NCBI RefSeq assembly: GCF_048593235.1
Contig: NC_133619.1
Coordinates: 637,152,558 to 637,216,557, forward strand
Length of the DNA stretch: 64,000 bases
Reading direction: 5' to 3'
Source: Sminthopsis crassicaudata
Lineage: Eukaryota
The stretch's first letter is position 1. Every line of letters begins with the position of its first letter. Positions 1 to 13,658 of the stretch are shown here, piece by piece. The notes beneath the pieces are model-generated. The model was not told where the DNA came from and did no database searches. It was given only the letters and a program-made list of their open reading frames with translations. Made by a program: the position numbers and the translations under genes.

Positions 1-609
1 ACTATTTCCCTACATGTCTGATTCCTGGCCTTCTTTTGAAAACCTACTTCACATGCTCTCCCTTGTGGGAAGTCTTTCCTTCTCTTTGTCACACTTGCCT
101 TCACACCTCTTCCTACACTAGCTTACAAAAGTCCTTGAGTTCGACATGCATTAGACTGTAAATTTCACGAGGATAGGAACTATGTCATGGTGAGCCTTTC
201 TGTCTCCCACACATATGTAGTACAGTGTTCTATATTTAATAGGGATTTAACAAGTTTAGTTGAAAGTGATTTTGTTCTGGAAAGAATATATGAAGTTAGG
301 TATTGTCATTAAAACACACACACACACATATACACATAAATTTGTAAATTTTTAAATAGCAGATTTATCCTTCTGTCTATACTCAGACTAATATTAGTAT
401 AAACTTGGAGGCACAATGGGTAAAGTACTGAACTTGAAGTCTGGAAGATCTGAATTCAGATACTACCTTTAACATTATCTATGAGACAATCAAGTCACAT
501 AACTTCTTTCAGTCTCAGTTTCCTCATTTGTAAAATGGAGGTAACAGCTGTAGTTCCTACCTCCCAGGAGTATTATAAGGCTCAACTGAGATAGTTTTAG
601 AAAGTATTT
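1..609 (+). repeat. Local duplication, copy 1 (runs off window start); pairs with 2645-3228
   Basis: 1-609 aligns co-linearly with 2645-3228, with roughly a dozen substitutions plus small indels (including CA-repeat length). The copies diverge after aaagtattt. Confidence 0.9.
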
Positions 610-1340
610 GTGGGAGTGTGTGCCCTGAGTTTATGGGGCAGGAGTCAGGAGAGTGATGTTCTTTTACAACGTTTTACTGTGCTATTTCCTTAAATGCTTT
701 TGCTTGAAGTATCTGAGTTCTCTGAAGGACTATAGGAAAAGGAAATGTATCACTGGGGGCTTATGAGTGAGACATGGTTTAGAGTAAATTCAGCACCATA
801 GAGTATCTTAAACCTGAAATAACAGATATTCTGGGGTGACCCTCAAGCTTGAATGAAAGTGGGGGGGGGATCAGATACAAATGCAAAGGGGGAAAAACAA
901 GTAAATCTGGCTATTGTAGAGGGCACTTTCTCCTATAACTATACTCCCTCCCCATCGGCTAAGTCTGACTCCCAATCAGGAGTCTCTTTGGGTCTTCTTA
1001 GTGAGACATTGAGGGCCTGCTCCCAATCTCCATCATGAGGTGTCCTTTGGCAGCCCAAAAAGGTTCAGTGCCTTTGAAGATCATCATATTATCTCATCTC
1101 CTCCCTTTCCAATACAATACATTCTCAGCCTGCTTCTCAGTCTAATTGGGCTTCCATTCATCTCTCCATTCTCATTTCACACTGATTTCTCCTACACCTT
1201 CTCCATTCCAATCAGACTGCCTCTATTTCCTTCCTCTGCCTACCACGAGAAAAGAATATTTCCTCATATTTAAAAACTAATTATTGTATTAGGGCTAAGG
1301 TTTTTCCCCTTTTCTACTTCCTCACCAAGAAATCAACTAG

Positions 1341-1746
1341 TGTGGGAAATTTCTCTTAAAGATTCACTCAGATCAAGATCCAATCAGACAGTAAAAGAAA
1401 TTTTAAGTTTCGCCAAATCCTGCTCAGTGTATTTGCTCAGACAGGTTGATTCTCCCTATTATCAAGACAGGTGATATGAAAACAGATATTTCTTTGACCA
1501 ATATTGGAGTGACTTACGTCATGTGCCCTAAAACCTTCATTTTGAAATAATCCACTCCTGTCTTTATGTTAACCAGTCCAAGTTGATTTTTACCCCCGAG
1601 GAATATCTTTTCTTCCATACACCATTAGAGATCCTTGGTTTAAGAGAGACAGCCAAATGACTATCCTTTTATTAATAACTTGCTGGCCTTTTTAATAAAA
1701 TGATTACATTAACCAGAAGCTGTCTCTCTCTATTTTAATCATCACA
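1341..1746 (+). mobile_element. Possible solo LTR
   Basis: TGTG...CACA termini, CCAAT boxes, and AATAAA about 50 nt before the end. No clean TSD. Confidence 0.3.
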
Positions 1747-2644
1747 CTGCTTAGTCAGATGCACTCTCTTGACCTTTGCCTCTTGGAATCCCTGGCTTCT
1801 TTGAAGAAAGAAGCTTTGTCCTTTCCCAGGAAATATTACTTTGTGCTGTTTGGAATACTTTCCATTTATTTTCCTTGTCTATGTGATGTCTCCCAGGAAG
1901 GTAGAAGCTTCTTGAAAGCAAAGATTTTCTTTAGCTCTTTGGAGCTCCAGGGTCTTCTACACTGTAGCTGTCTAATGAGTAGTTAATTATTATATTATTC
2001 CCCCAAGGTTCTATCCAGAGATCCCATCTCTCTCTCCCTTCACTTGTTACTAAGGCCATTGCCTTGCATTTACTAAAACATTTTGCCATTGGATGCTTCT
2101 TACGCATCTCAGACTCAACATGTGTGGAAAGTCAAGGTGTTAACTTTTCCCCTAAGCCAATAATTCTCTTTCTGTTTTCACCATCTCCATGTGTAGAACC
2201 TACTTCACAATTTCACAGGTTCAATACCTGGCTATTTTAGCTCTGTCTTTCCCATTCCCTCAACATCGCTCCTTCCCAAATCCTGATGATTCCATTTCTG
2301 CAGCAGAATCATTTCCCTGCCTTTTTCTCCATTCTTCCATTACCATCCTCCAAGTAGATTGTCATGACTTGCACATACTAAGTACTTAATGACTACTTGC
2401 TGAATAAATGAACAAATCTTCCTCTCCCTATTGTTTCTTTCCACCGCATCCTTCACACCGTGGTCAGAATTATTGTGATAGGATTGGTCAAAAATTTTCC
2501 TCGGCTTCTTCTGGTCTACTAAGTTATTATTTTGGTTGTGCGACTCATCAAAACTAGTGCGCATGCACACACATCTCCTTCTGGGCTATATTTCATGTGA
2601 CTCCCCTTTTAATGACTCTCCCCCAACCTACACTGCCCTTTGCT

Positions 2645-3228
2645 ACTATTTCCCTACATGACTGATTCCTGGCCTTCTTTTGAAAACCTACTTCACATGC
2701 TCTCCCTTGTGGGAAGTCTTTCCTTCTCTTTGTCACACTTGCCTTCACACCTCTTCCTACACTAGCTTACAAAAGTCCTTGAGTTCGACATGCATTAGAC
2801 TGTAAATTTCATGAGGATGGAACTATGTCATGGTGAGGCTTTCTGTCTCCCACACATACGTAGTACAGTGTTCTATATTTAATAGGGATTTAACAAGTTT
2901 AGTTGAAAGTGATTTTGCTCTGGAAAGAATATATGAAGTTAGGTATTGTCATACACACATATATGTAAATTTTTAAATAGCTGATTTATCCTTCTGTCTA
3001 TACTCAGGCTAATATTAGTATAAACTTAGAGGCACAATGGGTAAAGTACTGAACTTGAAGTCTGGAAGATCTGAATTCAGATACTACCTTTAACATTACC
3101 TATGAGACAATCAAGTCACATAACCTTTCAGTCTCAGTTTCCTCATTTGTAAAATGGAGGTAACAGCTGTAGTTCCTACCTCCCAGGAGTATTATAAGGC
3201 TCAACTGAGATAGTTTTAGAAAGTATTT
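2645..3228 (+). repeat. Local duplication, copy 2; pairs with 1-609
   Basis: Direct sequence match to 1-609. Confidence 0.9.
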
Positions 3229-4039
3229 TGGAAACTTTAAAGTTCTAGAGAAATGTCAGTTATTTAATAGTACTAATAATAACATTTCTCAGAGCATCCT
3301 TTGTGGCCAGGAAAAGTAAGACAGAAATTCACCATATGCTGTGGCTAATCTCCTAACTACATAGGCTGTCTGCGGGTAATTTAAAGCTGACTCTCAGATC
3401 CTACACCCCACCCATATTACCTGAGCCTACCAACAACCAACCTAGAGCACTATTAAGTAGGTTACTGGGGTGCTTCATCTGAGAGCTTGGTGATCCTTGG
3501 CCTAATTTCCTGGACAAGATTGCAATTTGGAAATGAGAAATGATCTCATTTCCTGTGACTAGAGGAAAAAACAGACAAGTAAGATATAGTAATTAACCAC
3601 AAGAGTTGGGGAGAGAAAAATAGAGACATAAACAGACCCACGAAGAAGGGAGGGATCCTGAAATAGAGGGACAGGATCTCTAATGTATAATTGGCCTGGA
3701 AACAAGTCCCATGGTTACCATGAAACCATATCTTGGTGAGACCCACATGTGTGGCTGGATGGGGATTTCTGAGAATGGGACAAAACCACATCTTGATAGG
3801 GAAGTGACCCACACAGTTTTTGTCCAAGACATGTAGTTTCTATTTCTTTTTCTTTGTTTTTATCAGGAATATGATTTATTAACTAGTTATCCATCTGTCT
3901 TCTCAGGACCATAGCTTTTAAGCCCTTGTGTTTTTGTCTTTAGGGAAGACTCTAGCTGGGCTCTTGGATCATCTGTCATGGTTATCTATGTGAAGAAAGT
4001 GTTTCCTAGCTCAGCTGTCCTTGGGCCAGGAAGGATAGA

Positions 4040-4430
4040 AATAAAGGTACGGGCTTGTTAAGGGCCATGGGGGAAGGGGCACGTCAATTCTCCAAGTGAC
4101 TCCACAGGTGTGGATTATGACACTTGAGGGACTTGCAGGGCAGCCTTTACTGATGCAGGTGTTGCTTGTGGACTGGAAATGAAATAAATTGGAGGCAGAG
4201 GGAAGAGGACAGAGGTCAGATAATGCAACTGCTTCTCAGTCGGGAGGGCAGAGAACAGCAACGGCCTCTCAGTCTCCTTGTATCATCATCCTCCTCCTCT
4301 CACAGGAAGTGATCCGTTCTACAGGTCTAAGTTAGACCTCCAGCAGCCACTGGCAGGTGGCTCCCATAGCACAACAGGCTCACCTCAGAGGTCCTAATTT
4401 AATCCAGGGGAGATGGTCCCTACCTTTAGG
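4040..4430 (-). mobile_element. RTE-type LINE 5' fragment
   Basis: Resembles the marsupial RTE 5' region as recalled. A related diverged copy lies at about 8335-8495. Boundaries approximate. Confidence 0.45.
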
Positions 4431-4929
4431 CTGCTGCTATTTTGTCACTGAAAATAATCATTTCTACTTGTGACATGCTTTAAAAGCTTTCACAACACTT
4501 GCATGTACAGTTTTTATTTTTTATTTTATTTAATATTCATATCACCTCTGTGAAGTAGACAAGGCTTAAAAACAGCATGATACAGTGAAAAAAAAGTCAG
4601 GAAAAATGGCATTGAGTTTCAGTGCCCACATTTGTTGGGTTTGTTCTTAGAGTTGGCAAGCCTTGGATCTCAGGCAAAGGCCTAGAACTGGCTCAGAGCC
4701 ATAGAAAAAACAAGGCCTCAAGCAATGGCCTTGACACAAAGCAGAGGCATGTTCCTTACGGGGAATATTTCCTAGAGGATCCTCATCCGTCTGCGTCCTG
4801 CATGAACACTATGCTCCTTCATCACAGAACCAGCGGTGGCAGAGAGTCCCACTAATTTGTATCCATGGCCAGCAAATCTGTACCTCATGTCCCTTTTCTT
4901 CTCCCTTTGCCTGGACTCTTGGCCCCTTC

Positions 4930-5340
4930 ATAAGCAATCATACTGTTCCTCATCTCCTTCCTTCCTAATTACCCAACTGGGTATATATATTCCAGTGCTC
5001 TTATCTGAACCTTCTTTCATTTTCTCATTATGTTTTCTTACCTGATAAATTTCACTCCCATGAATTTAATGATCAGCTCTGTGTATACAACTCTCAGATC
5101 CACGTATCCAACTCTTCATTTGCTTCCAAGTTCCAGAGCCACATCACCAACTGCCTGTCAGGCACCTCAAAGTAGATGGCCCATAGACAGAAATTCAGCC
5201 TTCCTAAAACAGAACTCACTCTCTTTTCACCCAAACTCTCCCTTTTTCCAAACTTCCCTATTATGGTCAAAGGCATCGCTGCCCCCCAGACTCACAAGCT
5301 CATTGTCATCCATCTCCCTCAGGCCATGTATCACATTTCA
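4930..5340 (+). mobile_element. L2 LINE reverse-transcriptase-region fragment
   Basis: Decayed translation includes PKTELTLFSPK, similar to L2 SKTELLIFPPK. Boundaries approximate. Confidence 0.6.
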
Positions 5341-8300
5341 GGCCCAGAGCTCCATGCACTATATCCAGGGTACTCAACTCAGATAAAAACAGGGGCCACT
5401 ATATCTTGAAAGGATCCCTGCAGACTACACATTGCCTTAGAAAACCACATATTGATATCCTTTGTTTTATTGTATTTTATTTGTTAAATATTTCCCAATA
5501 TTCAGTGTAATCTGGTTCAGACCACCCTCAGGAGTTTTGTGGGCTGCTTGTGCCCCGAGATCCCATGTTTGACACCTCTGCACTATGGCACAAGGCCACT
5601 CCAGTGGTAAAGTAGATAAAGCTCAACTCCTGCCTGAGGTACTGCTTAGCTGTATGATCCTGACCAGGTCACTTTACCTCTGTTTCCCTCAGTTTCCTCA
5701 CCTGTAAAATAAGAATCATAACAGTAACTAATTCCCAGAACTGTGAAGATCAAATATTTGTATATATTTTGTAAAACTTTGTATTATTCGTAAAGCTCTT
5801 AGCACACTTCCTAGCACATAGTTGATATTAATAAATGCTTCTTCCTTCTTTCCTCTCACTTCCCCTTGGAGTCATTCTTTACTCTTCTCTCTCCTTTACC
5901 CCCAAATAAGGGCAAGTTCTACTTCCATGATATTTCAGTAGATAGATGACCCCATTTCTATCCTTATACAGCTAGTTCAGGCATTCTTTATTTCTCATCT
6001 GTGTAACAAGAGTGGGTCCCATATCTGTAATGAGGCCTGTTCTCGGAGGGAGGATGGATAAATATCTCTAGCTTCTTTGCCGTTGTATCTTTTCCAAGGG
6101 AGACTTTCGTTTCAGTCAGGAAAGAACACAGGAGACTGGGGCAGAGGCCACTTTGTTGTCCTCAGAGAGAAAGGGTAACATGATAGAAGAGTAAATATCC
6201 GCTCCCCTGAATATTATTAGAGTTCTATTATTGAGTTCTATCTGCTGATCATTTTATCATTATTACTAAAGGGTTGGGGGGGCTCTGAGGTCTATATCCA
6301 AGGCCTCACTCCTTTCCTACCATATTCTAATTCCACGATGAACCCTATTTCCTGCTTGCAGGAATTTCCTTCATGAAACCCTTTCTGATCCTTCTATTTG
6401 TTAGTGATTATACTTAATATACTTATTTGTGTGGCACCCTCCCCCAGAACTGCCTTGAGGCAAGGAACTGATTCTTCCTCCTCCCCTTCACCTAGGCTTA
6501 ATAAATATTTATTTAATTAAATTATAAATACAGAGAGAAGTCCTTTTTGCATTTCTATAGATTAAAAAAAAAATCATATGTGGTAAACTGAATTACCCAT
6601 TCCAAACAAAGATATGTTTCTTAATTAAAACAATTTTTCACAATCAGAATCATTTTATTCAGAAAATCCATATTGCATTTAAATGTTTGTTCTGCCAAAA
6701 AAAAATCTAGTTTTTATTTTTTATCGGACCTATCTGTGCACACAATTGCAAAGTAGGTGAGATTTGTTTTGGAACATCCTCTTACTTTTCTTGTTTCTTT
6801 GAAAACATTTTGTTGCTCTTTTGTTTTTCCATCATGTACGCTTCCCATAGCCTTTTCATTTCTCCCTTCGGAGAGTCATCCTTTATAACCAGTTCAGCAA
6901 AACTAATCACGGTCATCCAAGTCCCCTATTATATGTAATGTTCAACATTCCTAGTCCTTCACTTCTTTAAAGAAGAGGAATAAGAGACAGACACATCCTC
7001 ATATCTTCTTTGAATTCAAGCTTGGTTTTGTTCTATTTACCATCTTCTTGTAGTCGTTTTTGCATGCTGTTTTGACTCTACTGCTTTCATTTTTTGCATC
7101 AATACATATATATCTTCCTATACTTTTCTGTTTTCATCATATTTGCTTCTTACTCTATAATAATATTTCATTATATCCTCTGACTAAAATGTTAATAGTG
7201 AACCTCATTATTCAGATCATGCATATGATGTCAGGTTGTCTTAGGCTGTGGCAGGAAGCTTACCTTGGTTATGTGGGGGGAAATAATTCACACCCTTTAG
7301 TAGTTTTATTAGGTCAGGAAATTGGAGCAACCGGAACTTTCTGTGGTAGTAAAATTTTGTGGGAACAAAGCAAAAGCTATTGATGGGATAAGATGTAGTT
7401 AGATGGGGCAGTGGATAGAGGGCTGACCTGGAAGCAAAAAAACCTGAGTTCAAATCTGACCCCAGATACTTCATAACTGAGTGACCTCAGACTTCCCTGC
7501 TGTCTGCCTTGGTAGCCTTACTGGTAAAAAAGAGATCATAATAGCACCTCCCTCCCAGAGTTGTTATGAAGATTATATTTGTAAAGTGCTTAGCAAATCT
7601 TGAAGCACTCTAGGAATGCTAGCTATTCCTGTTATTGGGAAAGCTGAAGACTTGTGGCATATGAATATAACTAAATGCCAAAATAATAATAACAAATAAG
7701 GAGAATTCAGAGAAACTGGGGGAGAGTCATATGAATGGAGAGTAGAGCTAAGGAAGCAGAAACAGAAGGATAGTTAATACAGTGACTCTAATAAGTAAAA
7801 ACATTACACAACATTGGAGCTCTTAGAAGTGTAGAGACCTCTGTGACTTCTGAGGACTCATGGGGAAATTAAGAAGAGGTAATGGACACCTGTTGAGGAC
7901 CATGCCTAAGTATGAAAGGACCAGTCAGTTCTCCGAAAGCCCCCACAGCTGTGAATCATAACATCCTTGAAGGAATGATGAGGGACTTATGAAAAACGCC
8001 TACTCTATCTCCATTTGTGAGAAAGTTTGTCTCCATGACATCTCACAAAATTCAACACTTGCTATCCCATCTCACCCTGCAACCATCCAGAGGAATAGGA
8101 TGGAAAGACTTTGATAGTGCTATTTGCATTACTCAGCATGCAGAGTCAGATAACAACCACTTCTCAACATTGGACAAACTTAGTGACCATGGTGTTGGGG
8201 GAAAAATAATTGTGTTCCCATAAAACAAAAAATGGGGAATTTTTGAGGATCATGCCTAACTGTGAAGGGGCAGATTGATTCTCCAAAAGCCCCCACCGCT

Positions 8301-9428
8301 GGGAATCATAACATACTCGAAGGAGTTACAAATCAGCATTTACTGATGCAGATGTTGCTTGGGAATTGGGAATGAAATAATTTGGAGCCAAGAGGGAAGA
8401 GGTGAGAGGTCAGAGAATGCAACATCCTCAATGTATTGTTATTATCCTCTCACATGAAGGGATCTGTTCTGCTGGTCAGAATTAGATCCCCAGCTCCTGT
8501 AACCAAAGTGCAGAATGAGACACGCCTTCACAGGCATGGCCAATATGTTGATTTGTTTTTGCTTAACTGTGCTTTGTTGGGAAGAAAGTCTCAGATGGGG
8601 GAGGTGGGGTCAGGGAAGGAGTAACCTGGAAATAATAAATAACAGTAAGGAAAAGACAATGGGGCTGCTGAATGACACTCAGGATAATGATCCACAGAGT
8701 GATATTCTGCTAAATTTCAAAATATCACCGTTGAAACTGGAGTTTCTCCTAAGAGCAAGAGGTTGATTGCCCTTTCAAATGTAATAGAGAACACATTTAT
8801 TCCAAGTCAATTTTCCTGATACATTCTATTTCAAAATCATTACAGAATTCACAAAATCTCCAAATTTCAGAGTTGGGAGAGAATTCAGCAGCTCCCAAAG
8901 AAATTCCCATGACAACATGCCCACAAGTCTGAAACCTTCAGCTTCTGTCAAAAGATTTCTAGTGAAGGGCAGCCCACCAACCACAACCAAAGACAACCCA
9001 TTCCACTTTTGAATAGTTAAGATCCATAGGTCCTTAAATCTCAGGTGGCGAGGTAGCTCAGAAGGCATCAAGATCAACTCTGACATTTATACAGGAGGAG
9101 GAAACGGAGGCCCCAGGAAGAAATGATTGCTCTAAACTCCTAGTCAAGAAGTAGCTGAGGCAGGTTTGGAACCCAGATTCTCTTATTCCAAAGCCAGTAC
9201 TCTTTCCACTGTACTCAATTGCTTGAAGAATCTTTTCATATAACTTCTGCTCATTTTTCCCACTTCTCTAATCTGGGCCAAACAGAAACATCTAGCATGG
9301 TTCTCTGCATGATTGGTTAAGCATCCCTAATTCTTTCAGCCCAAACTGAATACAACATGGTTCAAGGCCCTTCGCCGTTCTGACTCTTTTCTACTAGTTG
9401 GGCACCCAGAACTGAATGGAACACTTCT

Positions 9429-9733
9429 TTTTTTTTTTTATTCATTTTTCCAAATTATCCCCTCCCTCTACTCCCTCCCCCCGATGACAGGTAATCCCAT
9501 ACATTTTACATGTGTTACAATATAACCTAGATACAATATATGTGTGTAAATACCATTTTCTTGTTGCACATTAATTATTAGCTTCCGAAGGTATAAGTAA
9601 CCTGGGTAGATAGACAGTAGTGCTAACAGTTTACATTCACTTCTCAGTGTTCCTTCTCTGGGTATAGTTATTTCTGTCCATCATTGATCAACTGGAAGTG
9701 AGTTGGATCTTCTTTATGTTGAAGATTTCCACT
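9429..9733 (-). mobile_element. Young 5'-truncated L1 (3'UTR plus polyA)
   Basis: PolyT at the left end and a perfect 17-bp TSD ctgaatggaacacttct at 9412-9428 and 9734-9750. Confidence 0.9.
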
Positions 9734-12122
9734 CTGAATGGAACACTTCTAATGTGGTCTGACCAGGGGCCAAGCACATCAGAATAATCACCCTTCATTC
9801 TTAGAAGCTCTGCTTTTTAATGCATCCTAAGATTGCAATAATTTTTTCTTCAGTTTACTGAAGAAGTCCTGTTGGAAGCATCCTGATCCCATGGATGTAG
9901 CCCTGAAGTCTCCGATAACTCTCAAAGGTACCATGAAGTTCTGAAGATGATTATTGGGCTAGAACAGACTTTGGGTGTCACGTGGCTCATTAAATTGGAA
10001 GAGATCCAGAGCAGTTTGCCTCTAAGAGACAAGCTTTTCAGCCATAACAGTTCACTCCTTGAGGAGTTGTAATTTGTTAGGAAATATCTCCACATAGAAA
10101 TCCTGGATCTTTGAAGTTCTAAGAATATTTCTTTCTAAGAGAAACTCGCCTTTGCTTCACATCCATATGTCACAGTGTTGAATGGTTGCAGAGTAAGTGA
10201 ATAATCTAATTCAAGAGGGCAGTCTGGAGTAGGTGAGCTATAGACTGTTTGATAAGGGACAGAGAGGGTGGAAAGCACATCCCAGGTAGTGTAAAAGCAA
10301 ATAGGAAGATGCAGTCCTGGAATGGAGGGTCCCCTGGAAGAATGGAAGAAGCTGCTGAAGTAAAAGAGATGATGTGGAACAGAGGGAAAAGGAAGTCAGT
10401 GGAGTAGCATTGAAGGTCAGGAAAAAGAGACTGGATGTAATATGGCTGCCATTTGGAAGCTGTATGTGGTCTATTAGAAATTATTCTCTGGTCTAGACTA
10501 TTCCATTTGTAAATTTAAATGGTTTAATTTGGATGTGATTCTTTCTTTTCTACTTCACTTTTGGTGAAACTCTATACTTCTTATTCAGAATCACAGAATT
10601 TCAGAACTGCAATCTCAGACTACTTCCCTCCATGGGCAGCAGATCTCAGGCCTCTTAACTGCAGAAGTTTCTGATTGTTACTTCTCAATTCAATTCAATT
10701 TAAAAAGTAGCTGTTAATCACCTACTGTGTGCTGCTACAATGTTTGGTGCTAAGGACACAGAGACAAAAAGGAAACAGCCCCTGCTCTGAGGTACTTACT
10801 TTACATTCTATATACAGATATAGAGATACAAAGTAAATTCAGTGGGATGTAGGGAGAGAACAGTAACACTTGGAGAAAAGGTAGGGAGAATGAAGGTATT
10901 GTTGGAGATGGGCCCTACAGGCCATTAAGGATTTCAGAAGATAAAAGTGAAGAAGGAGGATTCCAGGCTGTGCAAAGGCATAGAGATGGGACCTGGAATA
11001 TTGTCTACCAGGAAAAGCAAGATAATTGGAGCTTTAATCCTCAAGGAAAATCAGAAACATTTTTTTCCCTTATCCACTAGGCAGTGTGGTATATGGTTAA
11101 AAAAAAATAGAGTACTGGGCTTGAAGTCAAAAAAGACTTGGATTCAAATCTTAGCTTCATCCTTTGAAGATATGGAGTAGCCTTGTGGGCAAATCAGTAA
11201 GCCTCAATTTATCCCTCTGTACAAGACCTGTGTGGGATCCCTACCTCCCAGGGCATTTGTGAGGAGAGTGCTCTGAAGAACTGAAGGAGCTGTAAAACTG
11301 TGGCCATTCTGAGTGATTTCCATCCCCCCTAACCATTCTTCACCAATCCCACGGTCAGCCTGTAAGTCCACAGCATGAATGGAGTGCTCCCTGCCTGCCA
11401 AGCTGTGACCTGGACATTGCGGGAGTTGAAGAGGAAGAAGACGCAAATCTCACCTTTAGGAAGTTTCCAGTTTAATAGGAGAGTCAAAGTACAACTGTGG
11501 AATGACTAAATAACATACAAGTGAAAATAGAACAGCATCAATTTGTCAATGGTGTTTTCCATCTTTCTTTCTCCTTTATCTGTCTTTTCCAGCGTTCCAT
11601 GTCCTTTGACACCTTCCTTTTGGCTCTTTTATAGCCCTGACTATGCCTAATACTCCTAAGCCTCTGGCAGCCTTGGGTTCTTCAGAACCCAGTGCCTAAA
11701 ACTTGCTCCGCTCCAGGCCGGGCCCCAGTTCATGTACTGACATCCTGCAATCCAGCTGCACTAACTTGGGGCCATTTAAACTCCCTTCAGCAGCCTAATA
11801 TTGAGGAGAAAGCACTGGATTTGGGGTCAGAAAGGTGAAAGTTAAATCCCAGCCTAAAACTGTGTCACCTGAGAGAGTCCTGGTGCCTCAAGTGCCTCCC
11901 TAAGACTGTTGGAAGCCAGAAATAGGGCATCAAGAGGAAGTTCTTGATCGAAATTTTAAAACTGTCTTATATATTCACACTGATAAGGAGGATGAGGAGG
12001 CAGGGGGCAGGAATAGGACCTCTTCTTGATTATCCTTCATTCCATTTTTTGTTTGTGTTATTAGAGCCATGTTTGTTCCTCTTCAAAAGGAAATTTGATC
12101 AAAATTTAAGCTATCCCTGATG

Positions 12123-12236
12123 GGGGGATAGCTGAGTGTGCAGTGAATAGAGCACTAGCCTCAAATCAGGAGGACCACAATTCAAAGCTGGCCTCAGATA
12201 CTTGACACTTACTAGTTGTGTGACTTAACCCCTATT
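12123..12236 (+). mobile_element. tRNA-derived CORE-type SINE (WSINE1-like), abuts gap
   Basis: ggggggatagct...agtgaatagagcac...cagatacttgacacttactagttgtgtgac, homologous to other SINEs in the window. Confidence 0.7.
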
Positions 12237-12242
12237 ACATCG

Positions 12243-12494
12243 NNNNNNNNNNNNNNNNNNNNNNNNNNNNNNNNNNNNNNNNNNNNNNNNNNNNNNNNNN
12301 NNNNNNNNNNNNNNNNNNNNNNNNNNNNNNNNNNNNNNNNNNNNNNNNNNNNNNNNNNNNNNNNNNNNNNNNNNNNNNNNNNNNNNNNNNNNNNNNNNNN
12401 NNNNNNNNNNNNNNNNNNNNNNNNNNNNNNNNNNNNNNNNNNNNNNNNNNNNNNNNNNNNNNNNNNNNNNNNNNNNNNNNNNNNNNNNNNNNNN
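12243..12494. other. Assembly gap
   Basis: N run. Confidence 1.
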
Positions 12495-12661
12495 TTTAAA
12501 ACGAAACTCTCTTCCATGTCTGTGGCTCCCTATGTTTGAGCCCATGGTTAGATGGTAATACAAGGCTTTCTGAGACCATGGAAAAATTGAATTTTCTTGT
12601 GCCCTCCCTTCCTTAACTGTTAAGTCCAACCTTGGCCCAAACACCAGGAATGAGTAAGTAC

Positions 12662-13658
12662 CTATTCTGTGGTAAAGTCAGAACTTGCTACCACATCCCC
12701 TTGGCTCAAACCAGTGTCCCCTGTGTCCATCTCAGAAGTGTCTCTACCACAGTGACCCAGAAGGGAGGTCCCTTGCTTCCGCAGTGCCTTCAGTCCATTT
12801 CCAACGGACCTGCGAACAGCTGAAGAAAGAGAAGTAGAAAAGGAGGGGATCGAGGCCGGCATTGAGGGCACTGAACATCACAGCATACTTTCGCCATTTG
12901 GGGGGTGTGCCATTAAAATATCCTACCACATGGGAGACGTTGTAAGGTCCGAAGCAGACCAGGAAATTGAGGAGAGTCACGATTGCCAAGCCCATAGCTC
13001 TGCGCTGTCGCTGGGCCCCCACCTGTGGCTGGCCAACCATGAGACACACAAAGCGCCAGTAGCAGAAGATGGTCACTGCCATGGGCAGCAAGAAGAGAAC
13101 CAGAACCAGCTCCAGGCGGAACGGGAGAACCCATTTCAGCTGATCGTCAGTGAAATTATCATAGCATTCCAAGTCCGGCTGGCTGCTATTGGTTTTATTT
13201 TCCGATCCTATGTACTCCACCACAATGACGATGCTGCAATGGCCAAAGGACAGGATCCAGGCCACCAAAGCGGCAGCTAGTCCGTATACAGGCTTCCGGG
13301 AGAGCTTGTACTGGACGGGGAAGGCCACCCCCAGGTAGCGCTCGATGCTGATGGCGGCCAGCAGCCATGTGCTGCAGTAGATGCTGCTGTAGAAGCCAAA
13401 GCCGGTCAGGGCACAGACCTCTTTACCCAGGGGCCAGTAGAAGTTGTTGGCAGCCTCAAAGATCTTGAAAGGTAGCAGCACGAGCAGGATGAGGTCTGCC
13501 AACGTGAGACTGAGCAGGAGGATGTGGATCGGAGCAGGGTGAGGCTGCTTTACCCTTCGGACAAAGGCCCTGAGAGCCACGAGATTGGCAGGGAGGCCGA
13601 TGAGAAAGGTCATGGTATAGAAGGTAAGGAGCAAGTATCTTTCTGTTGGATCTTCCAT
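12662..13658 (-). CDS. FFAR2: Free fatty acid receptor 2 (GPR43), single coding exon, with a +1 frameshift at about 12826-12828
   Basis: ORF 12744-13658 matches FFAR2 through TM7 (GLPAN, SIERYLGVAFPVQYK, FRLEL, CFGPYNVSH, KWR, DPLLFYFS). The canonical tail SSAVRRS...SSDFTTE* continues in another frame to TAG at 12662-12664. Removing one A gives 996 nt and 331 aa. A polypyrimidine-CAG acceptor lies 4 nt before the ATG. Confidence 0.95.

Noticed and set aside
4140-8495. Similarity of 4140-4345 to 8335-8495, and the roughly 85-bp direct repeat at 7890/8245
   Set aside because: Best explained as diverged fragments of dispersed RTE-related elements, not a functional array.
12212-12644. ORFs spanning N runs (also near 25.3, 28.9, 36.5 and 49.3 kb)
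   Set aside because: Artefacts of translating gaps.
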